Positions 50,390-62,639 of a stretch of DNA of 64,000 nucleotides are shown piece by piece (positions within the stretch are counted from its first letter, which is position 1; every line of letters starts with the position of its first letter). Made by a program: the position numbers and the translations under genes. Source of the stretch: Phoronis australis. Taxonomy: Eukaryota > Animalia > Phoronida. Location of the stretch: assembly GCA_002633005.1 (NCBI GenBank), contig NMRA01000103.1:91512-155511 (forward strand), written 5' to 3'. The notes under the pieces are model-generated. The model had not been told where the DNA came from, ran no database searches, and saw only the letters and a list, made by a program, of their open reading frames with translations.

Positions 50390-52840
50390 ATTGACAGCAG
50401 TGGGCACTGCAGCAATCGGGTTGGATAGAAACTCATTGTTAGCTCCGTATCAACATGTTGTCCAAATTTCATAACAATCCCGCAAAGGGTGAAAATACAA
50501 CGCCCATGCAAAAAATAAACCTATCACTACGGGAGTGCATAAAAACGTCGGCCACGGTCTTCACAACTGATTTGACAACATCAACAGGATTGGCATGCAA
50601 GGGGACGAAAATGCGTGCCCTGTTTAACCCAGAGGATCAAGCAAAGTCCTCGGCACATCAAAGGCTTATGGCGCTGATTCAGATTTAATCATAAATGCCA
50701 CACACATAGCAAAAATAGTTTTAGACACTTTCAGATTTCTGCGACCAGTTAAACGTACAGCTGTCCAAAATTTCCCTGCTGAAAGCGTGAAGAATAAAGC
50801 CAAGTCATCGGCCTCCCAGAGAAACAAGACAGCCGCAGAGAGTCTAAGAGATTTGTTCATACGCATAGTCGTAGTTGTTGCAGAGAGGGCAGACTTCGAT
50901 CTTCGACAACTTCTGATCTCACATCCTGTCACACCTTATCCATTAGCACTTGCTCACTGCGATGGAGCGCTCGTCAAAACGGAAAAGCCTGCTTTGCTGA
51001 AAAAAATTGAATTGTTCCAGACAGAACCTATAACAGATGGAGATTTTCTACACGACTANNNNNNNNNNNNNNNNNNNNNNNNNNNNNNNNNNNNNNNNNN
51101 NNNNNNNNNNNNNNNNNNNNNNNNNNNNNNNNNNNNNNNNNNNNNNNNNNNNNNNNNNNNNNNNNNNNNNNNNNNNNNNNNNNNNNNNNNNNNNNNNNNN
51201 NNNNNNNNNNNNNNNNNNNNNNNNNNNNNNNNNNNNNNNNNNNNNNNNNNNNNNNNNNNNNNNNNNNNNNNNNNNNNNNNNNNNNNNNNNNNNNNNNNNN
51301 NNNNNNNNNNNNNNNNNNNNNNNNNNNNNNNNNNNNNNNNNNNNNNNNNNNNNNNNNNNNNNNNNNNNNNNNNNNNNNNNNNNNNNNNNNNNNNNNNNNN
51401 NNNNNNNNNNNNNNNNNNNNNNNNNNNNNNNNNNNNNNNNNNNNNNNNNNNNNNNNNNNNNNNNNNNNNNNNNNNNNNNNNNNNNNNNNNNNNNNNNNNN
51501 NNNNNNNNNNNNNNNNNNNNNNNNNNNNNNNNNNNNNNNNNNNNNNNNNNNNNNNNNNNNNNNNNNNNNNNNNNNNNNNNNNNNNNNNNNNNNNNNNNNN
51601 NNNNNNNNNNNNNNNNNNNNNNNNNNNNNNNNNNNNNNNNNNNNNNNNNNNNNNNNNNNNNNNNNNNAATGCAGAAGTCAACAACAGTAACCTTGGGAAT
51701 GAAGCAACCAGCAATAGAGATAGTTCTTTTGAAGAACTGACAGATTCCGAAGATGATCCATGGACTGAAGACTCCGACTCTGATGAAGAGGATTAATTAC
51801 GGCACTTTGGATTTGACTTAAACATGCACAGTGAATAAGTTGGCTCATTGGAATGAGATGAATATTGGTTATAGCAGGAAGAGATAACCAGGAAGGGACA
51901 ACTGTTTTAGCGCATTTTAACGGATATTCAAAAGGGATTTCAAAAGTAACTGTTAAAGTCGTCTGAAATCTAAGCATTGTGTTTGAAAATTTAACTCTTT
52001 AGCTATAAAATGACACCACTTTGGTCCCCAAAGACTGCATATTAATGGCACTAGGATGCTTTGAACATGACTTATTTTACCCTTCCAAAAGATGCCACTT
52101 CCCAGGCATGTACTCGGGCATGATCCTCTTTTTTGAACCAACAGATGTCACTAATATATGCAAACGAGGCTCCCATCTCCTACGTCATATGACGTCATAC
52201 GACGTCATACGACGCGAACTTCCAACTTTGAACCCTCCGGTGCCTATAGTGAATGACTTGAAACGCAGTTCTACCTGATAGGGCAGATCTAAGAAAATTA
52301 AGAACTCACACATAAAAATACATTTAATTGTATTTGGATATGCTTTCATATGTGTAAGCGTGGACTTTGTCATTTTGCTTAAATCCAGATTCAGAAGCAG
52401 GTTTTAGTCAAGAAATTAGCTGCTCCCGGTGTCGTGGTGTCCGAGTCGCCGGGAAGTCCGATCTATGCATGCGCAATTCGACGCTAGTCGCTGGTCAGCT
52501 CCGCTATGATTCATTTGAGACGTGCGGCTTAAATTGAACCTGATACCCGTGATCTGGCTCCAAGGTCGTTTTGTTTGACCCAGTTTCGGGAAAAGTTTAT
52601 CTTAATACGGTCATTTCTTGAAGATTTTTTTGAAAGATATGATCCCGAAATCCTTGGCCTATAGAGCTGTATCAAAATTCCTTGTTGAAACACGGCCACT
52701 GGTCCAGCTTCTGCCGCCGGGCGGCTGGAGAAAATGCTATGGAACGCGTGTCCCAAAAATGCACACACTTCAACCCCTGCACGGTTCAAGTTCTTTTCCC
52801 GTCAATCACTGTGCGCGGATTCTACGCGGGCAGCCTACAC
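50390..52840 (+). mobile_element. Probable Academ (XPG/Cys8-type) transposon fragment spanning a gap
   Basis: RDLFIRIVVV..DLRQLL..PYPLALAHCDGALVKTEKPALLKKIE resembles the region preceding the XPG-like domain (from recall); acidic tail ending EDSDSDEED* after the gap; possible ..CTA end near 52838. Confidence 0.45.
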
Positions 52841-53402
52841 CTTATTTTTAACGTGGGTGCGTCACTGAGTCACGACATGTCCAGCCTTTGTAGTATGCAC
52901 GGGAATGTCAAGCAAACGATTAGTTTTAGAAGAACCTAAAACATTGCACAATACTACTGGGAACTACAAGCATCAAGGAAATGCAAAGACAATCTTTCCA
53001 AATTTATGAGCAATGGCGTGAAGTTCTTTTTCGATCCGATCTACGGTTTGTAAATTTTTGAATTTCTTTAGTCTAGTTTTTAATTCAATACATTCATGAA
53101 TATCACTGTTATCGTTTAGAGCCCTTCTTTGCGATATGTGGTCTGAGGATGGTCCTTCAGCCTTCATTTCAACTAAGTTCAGTGACGCATCGCCATTTCT
53201 TACGAGACAGCTTCTGTGCTGTGCACGAATGTTTTGTGTTTTTGCTGAATTTGGAATTTCAACTTCCCCTCGAGAGTAGTTGGCAGTGTCATGTCGGAGG
53301 TGTAAAGAGGACGCAGCACTGAAAAAAGTAGGGGCTAAAGCCCCCTCAGCCCCCCTGTAGTGCACCGCCTATGGACCACTGAAAAACTTGGGACTGAATT
53401 AA

Positions 53403-55335
53403 AGGAGAATGCCACCCGATTTTTTGCCTTAGCAATCGGTCTATATCCACATCGCCTCGCACACGGTCGACCTTACCTTGCCAAGAGGTGTCGCGTTAAC
53501 CTGTGAGGAAGGTGAGAAACGACGCTAGCGACGTCAGTGGTTCATCTGCAGAGTGAATGCCGCTATGTTGCGGTGCATCGTTCCCGCTTGTGTGAGCTAT
53601 GCAGCTGCGAGGAAAGCGGGGATATCGTTTTTTCGACTTCCTCTAGAGTCCTAAATGTTTAGGAAGTGTATCGCAGTAGTGAAGAATGAAAAGTACGATG
53701 TAAATAGCAAGTATGAGACCGTGGAACATCTCCTTGTCTGTGGCCTGCAGTCGTCGACAGCCGCGTGAGAGCCTGACGAGTGCCAGCTTGCCAAATAACT
53801 ATCCCTTCGTTCCGTTGTCTGAGCTTGTTCACGGCGCCTCTTTAGTATTTCTTCATCACTGTATTCCTTCCTGTTCGAACTGATAGCCTGTGAAACCTAA
53901 CGATCCACCTGCGAAGTCTTCGTTGGGACTGATGAGCTCTCGTCTAAGTAGCAGGGGATTGCGAGTTGTGATGGTGACGTTTATTACTGAGGGTTCTGTT
54001 TCAAAATGAATTATTCACACCCTAACCAATACTTATATAAAACTGAAACAAAGTCTGTCTCATTAGATGCACTTTTTTATGCCTTTGGAGTGTTCCTCAG
54101 TGCAAATGATTTGAGAAGCCAGCAATGAATAAATCACTGCGTTACCGGCTTTAGGTACAATAAAACTAATTGACAGGACACCGAGGCCGTGTGAGCTCAT
54201 GCTAATTTAGTGTTTGACGGCAGAAACTGTTGTGCAACAACTCGATTTCCATCCCACAGCCAGGTGTTAGGGGAATCTTTATTTATATTTACATTATTTA
54301 AATAATGATTGTCAATGTACAACTTCTGCCCTGACCATGCGCGCACCCATGGGGGCTCGGGGGCTCTAACAAGGCCAAAGTGGCGAGGTGGGCAAAAAGG
54401 TCCGCCTCTGGGAAACAAAAAGTCCGAGAAAATGAGACTAAAGTCCTCTAAATAAGCACAATCGCGCAATTCACAGTAGTGCCCCCGTTTTTTTTTAGCT
54501 CACCCGCTTTTTTGTTACCAAAAGGTTTACAACGTCAGAAATTCGAGCCCCCCATATTGAAGGCTGGGTGTGCGCATGCTGATGGTGCTGTGGACAAAGC
54601 GGAACCTGAACTCGCGGCCCCGACGAGTAAGTAGATTTGCAGTTTCGTGGCTAATTCACCAACATAATAACGTGCACATTACTTTGGCTCACTAGTATAA
54701 CATTTTCCTGACTAAAAGTTTAGTTTCCAACTTTGAATGGTTTATGTTCGTGATGTCTGATCAGTTTCCGAGCCACTGGTCGGGATAACGAGTCAATCCG
54801 GCCGGCCGCGACGGGCCTGATCGGGCTCCGAGCCACTGGCCAGGATAACGAGCGTTTTGCGTATTTAGAACTCAAAAAATCACAATTCTAAACTACACAG
54901 ACTAGGTTCTACTGTCTGTATATCACGGAAAAATACTTCGAATTTATCTCCGAACAGACCCCAAACTCCCGCTACGGACCTTATTGGAATGCCGAGCCGT
55001 TGTAGGCTACGGCCGTGTCCAAATACCAATAAATCCGTAACAGCGAAATAAAACAACACGTTTTTATAAGAACTCGGTGTTATTTTATCGGTTTTACATC
55101 GAAATTTGATGATTTATTGGTGTTAAACGATGACTTCAAGCGATAAGCTGACACCAGTAACCCGTGTTGTGAACTGCTGAACAGACTGCGTGTGAAACCA
55201 ATTACGTCATTGGATAATTTCAACACCTCAGTCTGCCGTCAGGTGTTAGGTAACGCAATCGCGCGTGCCGTTATGGAGTAGAACTACTTGATCTAACTTG
55301 ATACAAATTAGGTAGTTTTTGGGTGGCATGCTCCT
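53403..55335 (+). mobile_element. Kolobok family B, full-length non-autonomous copy with THAP remnant
   Basis: TTAA|AGGAGAATGCCACCC...GGGTGGCATGCTCCT|TTAA; MLRCIVPAC..SFFRLP. Confidence 0.9.
54336..54578. mobile_element. hAT-type MITE with 5-bp TSD nested in Kolobok
   Basis: CTGAC|CATGCGCGCACCCA...TGGGTGTGCGCATG|CTGAT; sister Kolobok copies show the empty site ccctgacggt. Confidence 0.75.
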
Positions 55336-55576
55336 TTAATACGCTCCGCAAAATTTTTGCTTTACAAATTTTCTCGAGTTTTCCATATACATGTATGAAT
55401 GATTAAGTGCACATTTTCAAGAGCGCTTAGACGACCTATGTTGCAAAAACGGAGACCCTAACAACAATTGTCCTAGTCAGGGCCCTCAAATGGTAAACCA
55501 TACACTGATCAGTATTCGAAGTCTTTCTTTTTTGTCTTTCCCTAGCCCCACAGCTTTGTCGGTTGCCATGGTTTAA

Positions 55577-55770
55577 CCCTGAGGCATGCAATTTTTTTGT
55601 GGTGGCACTCGCCCTCCCCCCCTTAATAAGATCCTGATGACAGGAGTCCATGGTTGGTCCAAGGTCAATGTTGTGTTTCAACACGCACTCGTTATATAGC
55701 TTGAGCTTAAAATTAAATGTTTAAGAAATACAGGAGCAGTTTTGCGCATTTAATTGTGCGTGTAAAAGGG
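55577..55770. mobile_element. Possible piggyBac-like MITE
   Basis: TTAA|CCCT....AGGG|TTAA with a weak TIR beyond the first 4 bp. Confidence 0.35.
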
Positions 55771-56021
55771 TTAATGGATTCGTACTGAACTTGTTGCTGC
55801 AACTTGTGTCATGGGCTTGTACCCGGCACGTGACCACAAATTTGGACACTAATTCGGCTATTGCGCAAGTCGACTTTAGCAAGGTGGCCAGTGAGAATGT
55901 AAGGCAGCACCAGGCCAGTGGGCGTGTGTGATTTCTAGTCTCTTATGAAAACCATTGAAGGCAATTATCAGCACCTGCAAACAAGAATTTTGAAGTATGT
56001 AGAATTTCAACAGGAGTTTGC

Positions 56022-57260
56022 CAGTGGCGGATCTACGGGGGGGGGGNNNNNNNGGGTTTAAACCCCCCCCTCGGGCCAGGACCCAAAAATTAAAAAAGGG
56101 GGGTTCACTCTGAAAATATAGTTTTTTGCATTGTGAATTGCTGAGTCTTTGTGGCTCATCGGCAAAACGCGCGGGGATTTATTGTGCGCGCGCTTCCGTC
56201 GACACTACTGAAGTAGCCAAGAATTTTAGATGAATTCACCGCTGAAAGAGCAGTTCTATAGCTGATTTCTTTAGGTAACTAGCTTCTTTACTCTAAGATA
56301 TGTTTTGGTTTGATTAGGGGAAATACTGCGGTGCCGCAACCCTGATATTCAGGCGAATTGACGTGCAACGTTTTTACCTCATCTGTTATGCCGTGTCATT
56401 CTATTACACACTCCACACGTTTGTAACTGATGTATAGTAAAGTTGACTTGCGCAATATCATACAGTGTACATGCACATGTAATATTGTGTACATGTACAT
56501 GTAATATTTTTGAAAAAAAAATCTTTTTCCGAAGAATTGCTATTGTGGCGGGCGCCGTGGTCTGGTCGCGAGTCCGTTTGAAGACACACTCTATAACAAG
56601 TTATGTCTATACAAGGAATGACCAAGGGGGCACTCACATTGAGAAAGTGACCGCATTCGTGAAAAATGTACAGTACCAGAAATTGCGGGGAGGCTGTTCT
56701 TTCACAACAAAGTCTTGCGGGACTCGTGCTATGTTAAATAGGCCTCCTAAGGAACCCTAGTTCCGACCTCAACAACTACCGTCTGTCTACCTGCAATAAG
56801 CACACTGCCGTCTTCTATACTGGGAATTTCCGCAGAAAGGCTCACCCGATGAAACGCTCATGCCCATGGGCATTTATTTGATCTTAGCACTTCGGGTTTC
56901 AAGCTTTCAGACATTGGGACGTTTATTTCGAAAATTGCCGGAGATGCAAATAGGTCCTGGGATGCTTCGTCAAGGTTTGAAGTAGTCCATGATGAACGGA
57001 TCAAATTTAGTTGCGCATGTAAGTCTTTCGAATGGACTTGGCAACCTCAAGGGTTTTAGTGTCAACTGAGCTGCGAAACGAGATGCTGACATTGTAGAGG
57101 CTTACAAGCTCATTGACACAGCAGTTGACGAAGTGCAAGCGTTGGGAACAAACATCGAAGATATGTGAGTAGAATGGTTCCAAGACGAGCAAATCATTGG
57201 ATCCGATATACAAATTCCTCGGCAGTCTAGACAACAGAAGGATAGGACTAACGTATGAGT
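56022..57260 (+). pseudogene. Decayed hAT element (5' end plus transposase fragment)
   Basis: CAGTGGCGGATCTAC start like the 8501 MITE; RDADIVEAYKLIDTAVDEV..IQIPRQSRQQKDRTN parallels TVDIVQAYGMVNEI..RQPHRAN of the 27-30 kb transposase. Confidence 0.6.
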
Positions 57261-60200
57261 AACCACTGGGGATTAAAATTTTAGAGAGAAGTTTTCAAAT
57301 CAATTTTTTTTGCATAGTACATTTTAGGTCTCGCGACGGACCAGGCCGGCTTGGTTTGTGTAGATGTTGAGTTTCAGTGTACTTCTGGTCCCTCGGCGAA
57401 CTAGTCTTGTGATTTTTTTACCAAAGTGTGCTTTGTAAAACTATTTATCTCAGCCAGTACTGTTTGGTCCCGCGACGGATCGACTATTTGTATAGGGATA
57501 ATAAGCACAGGTGTACTCTTTGTCTCGTGACGGACCAGGTGAGCTTTTTGTGTACTCTCAGTGTACATCTGGTCCCTCTGCAAACTAGTCCAGTGTATCT
57601 TTTCACCACTGTGCACAGGATGTTTTGGTTTCGTGAAACTGTTTTCAGATGATTTGTTTTCCTGATAGATTTGATGTTTTTCAATTGTTGTCAACGTGAT
57701 TCAGCTTAATAAAGTGATACCTAATTATTCATTGTCGCTTTTAATAACAGACTATGAGTTGAGAGTACCATCGTTCGCCAGTTTTTCTCGTAACGAGACA
57801 GAACACATGTTTATTTCCGGACTAACAGTACAGGTCTTCGTTCTTAAACAACTTGAGGCTGCTGTTACGCGATCATCTGATATTCGAGTTTTTACACCCC
57901 GTCGGTGCTCCTTAGTTATGCATTTGAATATTTGGAAATTGTCTTAACCCCTGTATACACACCACACTTTTTCGTATACGACTTTTCGTATGCTAAAAAG
58001 GTGTGTGTAAGCAGATGTTCCAACAAACGTTTTTGCTGGTGGCGTGACTCATACCCAGATGTGCACAATATGGTTTCACGAAACTTATGTGCCAAGTTCA
58101 TGTGACGAAATCGAGAAGGGTTTTTAATTATCTTAAGAAAAACTCCAGAGACATGTTAAGTGCCAGAAACTTACCAGGATGCATGGAAATTTCACTATTT
58201 GGCTACAAAAACAAAAAANNNNNNNNNNNNNNNNNNNNNNNNNNNNNNNNNNNNNNNNNNNNNNNNNNNNNNNNNNNNNNNNNNNNNNNNNNNNNNNNNN
58301 NNNNNNNNNNNNNNNNNNNNNNNNNNNNNNNNNNNNNNNNNNNNNNNNNNNNNNNNNNNNNNNNNNNNNNNNNNNNNNNNNNNNNNNNNNNNNNNNNNNN
58401 NNNNNNNNNNNNNNNNNNNNNNNNNNNNNNNNNNNNNNNNNNNNNNNNNNNNNNNNNNNNNNNNNNNNNNNNNNNNNNNNNNNNNNNNNNNNNNNNNNNN
58501 NNNNNNNNNNNNNNNNNNNNNNNNNNNNNNNNNNNNNNNNNNNNNNNNNNNNNNNNNNNNNNNNNNNNNNNNNNNNNNNNNNNNNNNNNNNNNNNNNNNN
58601 NNNNNNNNNNNNNNNNNNNNNNNNNNNNNNNNNNNNNNNNNNNNNNNNNNNNNNNNNNNNNNNNNNNNNNNNNNNNNNNNNNNNNNNNNNNNNNNNNNNN
58701 NNNNNNNNNNNNNNNNNNNNNNNNNNNNNNNNNNNNNNNNNNNNNNNNNNNNNNNNNNNNNNNNNNNNNNNNNNNNNNNNNNNNNNNNNNNNNNNNNNNN
58801 NNNNNNNNNNNNNNNNNNNNNNNNNNNNNNNNNNNNNNNNNNNNNNNNNNNNNNNNNNNNNNNNNNNNNNNNNNNNNNNNNNNNNNNNNNNNNNNNNNNN
58901 NNNNNNNNNNNNNNNNNNNNNNNNNNNNNNNNNNNNNNNNNNNNNNNNNNNNNNNNNNNNNNNNNNNNNNNNNNNNNNNNNNNNNNNNNNNNNNNNNNNN
59001 NNNNNNNNNNNNNNNNNNNNNNNNNNNNNNNNNNNNNNNNNNNNNNNNNNNNNNNNNNNNNNNNNNNNNNNNNNNNNNNNNNNNNNNNNNNNNNNNNNNN
59101 NNNNNNNNNNNNNNNNNNNNNNNNNNNNNNNNNNNNNNNNNNNNNNNNNNNNNNNNNNNNNNNNNNNNNNNNNTTACGGTGAAAATTTTGCGACTGGTTT
59201 CAAGCGGTTACCTCTTGGATTGATCTAGCTCAATTTTTGTACCCTGTATATGTTCGTCTGGTGGGTAGTCTCCACCAATGAAATTGTCTGGCAGTGGCCA
59301 ATTTTTATACAGTGGATTACGTAGTAGGTATCCAAAGCAGTTTGAAGTGGTTACCAGAAAAGTTGATCTAGCTCAATTTTCGAGTGTCATTCTCTTGGCT
59401 CACCTGACCACACCCACCAGAGCGAACCTGCCAGACGGCCATTTCCAAGCATCAGGATACCCATAGAGCACTGTGGCACCAAAGAAAATTGGTTACCTTT
59501 TCATGCCCAAAAAAGCTCTGGGATCCCGGTCTATTACTGCAATTGAGGTGTGGAGCCCACTGTTTTGAGTTGAAACTTTTTTGTTTGTTGAAACATCGCC
59601 GTGTGTGGATTTTTTCTATTTCTTATTTTTAACAGCCAGTAAAGCCGGTGCCGATTTGCTGCCAAGAACGCACTGCGCTCACATGTCCGGGTAGTCATAT
59701 TGCAATTGCTCTTTTGAGGCTGGTACTTTGGTTCAGTTTCACGATGTGGCGATAAAGAAGGGCATGGGCTGCCTTACAACATCTCTGGCTGCACGTTTTT
59801 ATTGCCTTTCTAACCAGAGATTATCATTTTCTATTTTACTTAATATCTGTATTCACTATCTTTGCTTGTAATTGTATTAGTCTTAAAAATGACCTTATAT
59901 CGCCTACCTCGGTCTCATCTTCTTCTCTGATAACGAGCTTGCGACGCAAGTATCATTTATGTATAATTCGGGAATTTGGCGATCATAAAAAATTGACGAT
60001 TAATAATTGCTTTTTCCTCCAGTTAATTACCTAAACGGGTACTGTTGACGAAGTTTGTTGTAATCTCACGGTGAGTCAGGGCTGACCTCAGTAGCCGAGC
60101 ATTGGCTGCGGGAGATGCGGCGTACTTTACAAACTTATAATGCATTAAATACCTTTTGTCATATGCAAAGAACAGGTAAAATTCGGAAGTAAATAATCAA

Positions 60201-60573
60201 GTTTTCATAAAAAGAACCAGAACGAGAATCAAAAAACAACCAAACAATGCATTTACGCGCACGATGATGTCAATAAGTTTTCAAGGACAACATGAGCGTC
60301 ATTCAAGAACCATTCCAGAACTGATGCACAGGAACTCAGGTCATGGAAATAGACACTGGAATAGCCGATGATTTTCCGATCTCGGCCGAGATACAAAATT
60401 GTGCTCAAAAAGGCTAACAGAAAGGATGTGAACATGATGCCTTGTTACATATGACTTAATTTGCTATATATGTAGAAGTTTTTGAACTAGATTGGCCTTT
60501 GAGATAAGGATTTTAACTCTTCCCATAGCATTAAGTATCATATTTAGCTCTTAACTCACAGTTTTTCTTTTAC

Positions 60574-60638
60574 CTGATACTTCAGTAGCACTATTGTTGT
60601 TGGCCTGACGTTTTGGTCTATTTCGTTTACGGCGACAT
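60574..60638 (-). CDS. Juxtamembrane exon of a single-pass membrane protein
   Basis: tttag| ... CAG|gtaaaa; phase-2 join gives ICRRKRNRPKRQANNNSATEVS, a basic stop-transfer cluster directly after the TM. Confidence 0.7.
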
Positions 60639-61138
60639 CTAAATACAAGTAATAAAACCAGATTATAACCAGCTTCACGTGAAGTCCTTGACTACAAAGT
60701 GAAATGAACTGCAAACCCAACTACAATGCGTGAAACTGCAGTCAATATTAACTCTAACTATGACCTTGTAGGAGTATTTTACAAAGTTATAGATTTCAAA
60801 TTTGAGTCAGTCAAGCTTTATATTTTCTAAAAGTAGAAAGCCTGTAGAATTTGGTTTTTGACTTTGTGTCAACCTATTATTTCGGTGAGGTGACCATGTC
60901 ATTTTTAGATTGGTCTGAAAACAAACATAAGGTAGACCCAAAGCAACACAATTATGGTATCAATAACATTGATCAAATTTTGTTCGTTATAAGCGTTTAA
61001 GAAAAAATCTTAAAAAGGATCATTTTGTTTGTTAATTTTGGTCCTACTCCTTCGTTTACATTTAGTTTTATGCACAAAAAACAATCGCCGAGCTCAGGGT
61101 TGATATTACCTGGTACAGAATTCATAAGTGATACTTAC

Positions 61139-61232
61139 ATAACAATGATGACCACAATGACCACAACAACCAGAATGACCACTACAGAGCCAACAGACCC
61201 ACCAATAACACCTAAGTCTACGAACTGTTTGG
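61139..61232 (-). CDS. Transmembrane-helix exon of a single-pass membrane protein
   Basis: ttctttcag| ... AT|gtaagt; KQFVDLGVIGGSVGSVVVILVVVVIVVIIV. An alternative in-frame acceptor starts the exon at 61217. Confidence 0.75.
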
Positions 61233-61580
61233 CTGAAAGAACAATACACTTGGTGAACAGGTAGTGTTCCACAGATCAAGAGCACCATTGTCTATGAACT
61301 GTTTGGCTGAAGGAACAATACACTTGGTGAACAGGTAGTGTTCCACAGATCAATAGGACCATTGTCTATGAACTGTTTGGCTGAAAGAATAATACACTTG
61401 GTGAACAGGTGGTGTTCCAGAGACCAATAGCACCAGCGCGTGAACTGTTTGCCTGAAAGTACAATACACTTGGTAAACAGGTGGTGTTCTACAGACCAAT
61501 AGCACCAGTGTCTAGGAATTAATTGGCTGAATGAACAATATAATATACATTTGGTGAACAGGTGGACTGTTCCACAGACA
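61215..61580. repeat. 74-bp tandem repeat (about 5 copies) overlapping the TM-exon acceptor
   Basis: gaactgtttggctgaaagaacaatacacttggtgaacagg units at 61222, 61296, 61370, 61442 and about 61516. Confidence 0.9.
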
Positions 61581-61633
61581 AGCTATATCAGAATCTTACA
61601 TGGATCAACCAACTAGTTAGGTGTACACCTTAC

Positions 61634-61699
61634 TTGGATGACAACCAACGAGCACACGACACCATGTGGTTGGTTGACATCCAACATAATTTCGTAAAG
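61634..61699 (-). CDS. Candidate 66-nt phase 1-1 exon of the same gene
   Basis: cttttccctttatag| ... CAA|gtaagg; open as LRNYVGCQPTTWCRVLVGCHP and phase-compatible with the TM exon. Confidence 0.4.
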
Positions 61700-62476
61700 C
61701 TATAAAGGGAAAGAGTTATAGTCTTTTCACTTCATCATGCATATTTTCAAAGTCTTCTTCTGTACTAAAAAAGTTGGAAAATATCCAGTTAGAGGGTATC
61801 AAATAAAGTATTAAGTAAATTTGAATTTTGTATTGAGCTTGTCGCTCAGGAAATACATGAATGCTTTCTTATTTAATTAGCCATAGTTTTTAGAAAATTT
61901 AATAATAATGCTTTTGACTAAGAGCAATAATAAGGGGGTTATTTGCTACACTAATGGAAACTCATAGCTGAAGTTTGATTTTTAGTCCTATGAGCAGAAC
62001 AGTTAATTAAACCATACTGCAGAGACACTACGGGTAGATGACTGGTGGCAATGGCAAACCTCTAATATCTGATACATCTCTTACTTAGTGCCTATAGCTC
62101 AATTATTTAGTTTCAGTTCATGTATCCAAAATAAAAATTTACTTTTGTCTCATTGCTCTGATGTGAGAATTTTAACACAGAATCATAAAAACGTGTTTCT
62201 AAGTCTCAAATAAAAGTAAATAAAATATGTTGGGTCGAAACACGATTAAGTGACACTTATCTTGGCAACTACATGCACATGCAGGTTTTGGTCTGTAACC
62301 CAACTCATTTTGAAATCTGTGCTCCACTACTTAACTTCCATAACCTTAATCAATTGAATCAGTTAAAAAAACTTCCATTTTGTTTGCAAGACTAAAAGTA
62401 CTCATTCATATGTGAAACATAAATGTCACTTAACAATCAAATTGACAAAAATACAATGTTGAAATCAAAAACTCAC

Positions 62477-62519
62477 CATTTAATGTATGCAGTTCTTCGA
62501 TATCCATGCAGAGTTTATG
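62477..62519 (-). CDS. Candidate upstream exon of the same gene
   Basis: Good donor ATG|gtgagt in phase 1; HKLCMDIEELHTLN; acceptor uncertain. Confidence 0.25.
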
Positions 62520-62639
62520 CTGTACCAAAACCGTTTGAAAGGGTTTGAAAATCTTATAGGTCACTTGCCAGGAATGTAACCTTGACAACCAATTGGTAAC
62601 ACATGTTTAAAATAAACATTGCTGGTAACTTGCTAAATC

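Noticed and set aside
58087-59228. Long ORFs of 200-380 aa (also 23438-24157 and 51028-51714)
   Set aside because: Their length comes from N gaps.
61215-61580. CRISPR-like regular repeats (also 2597-2868 and 39680-40455)
   Set aside because: Whole units repeat with no unique spacers, there are no cas genes, and the context is eukaryotic.
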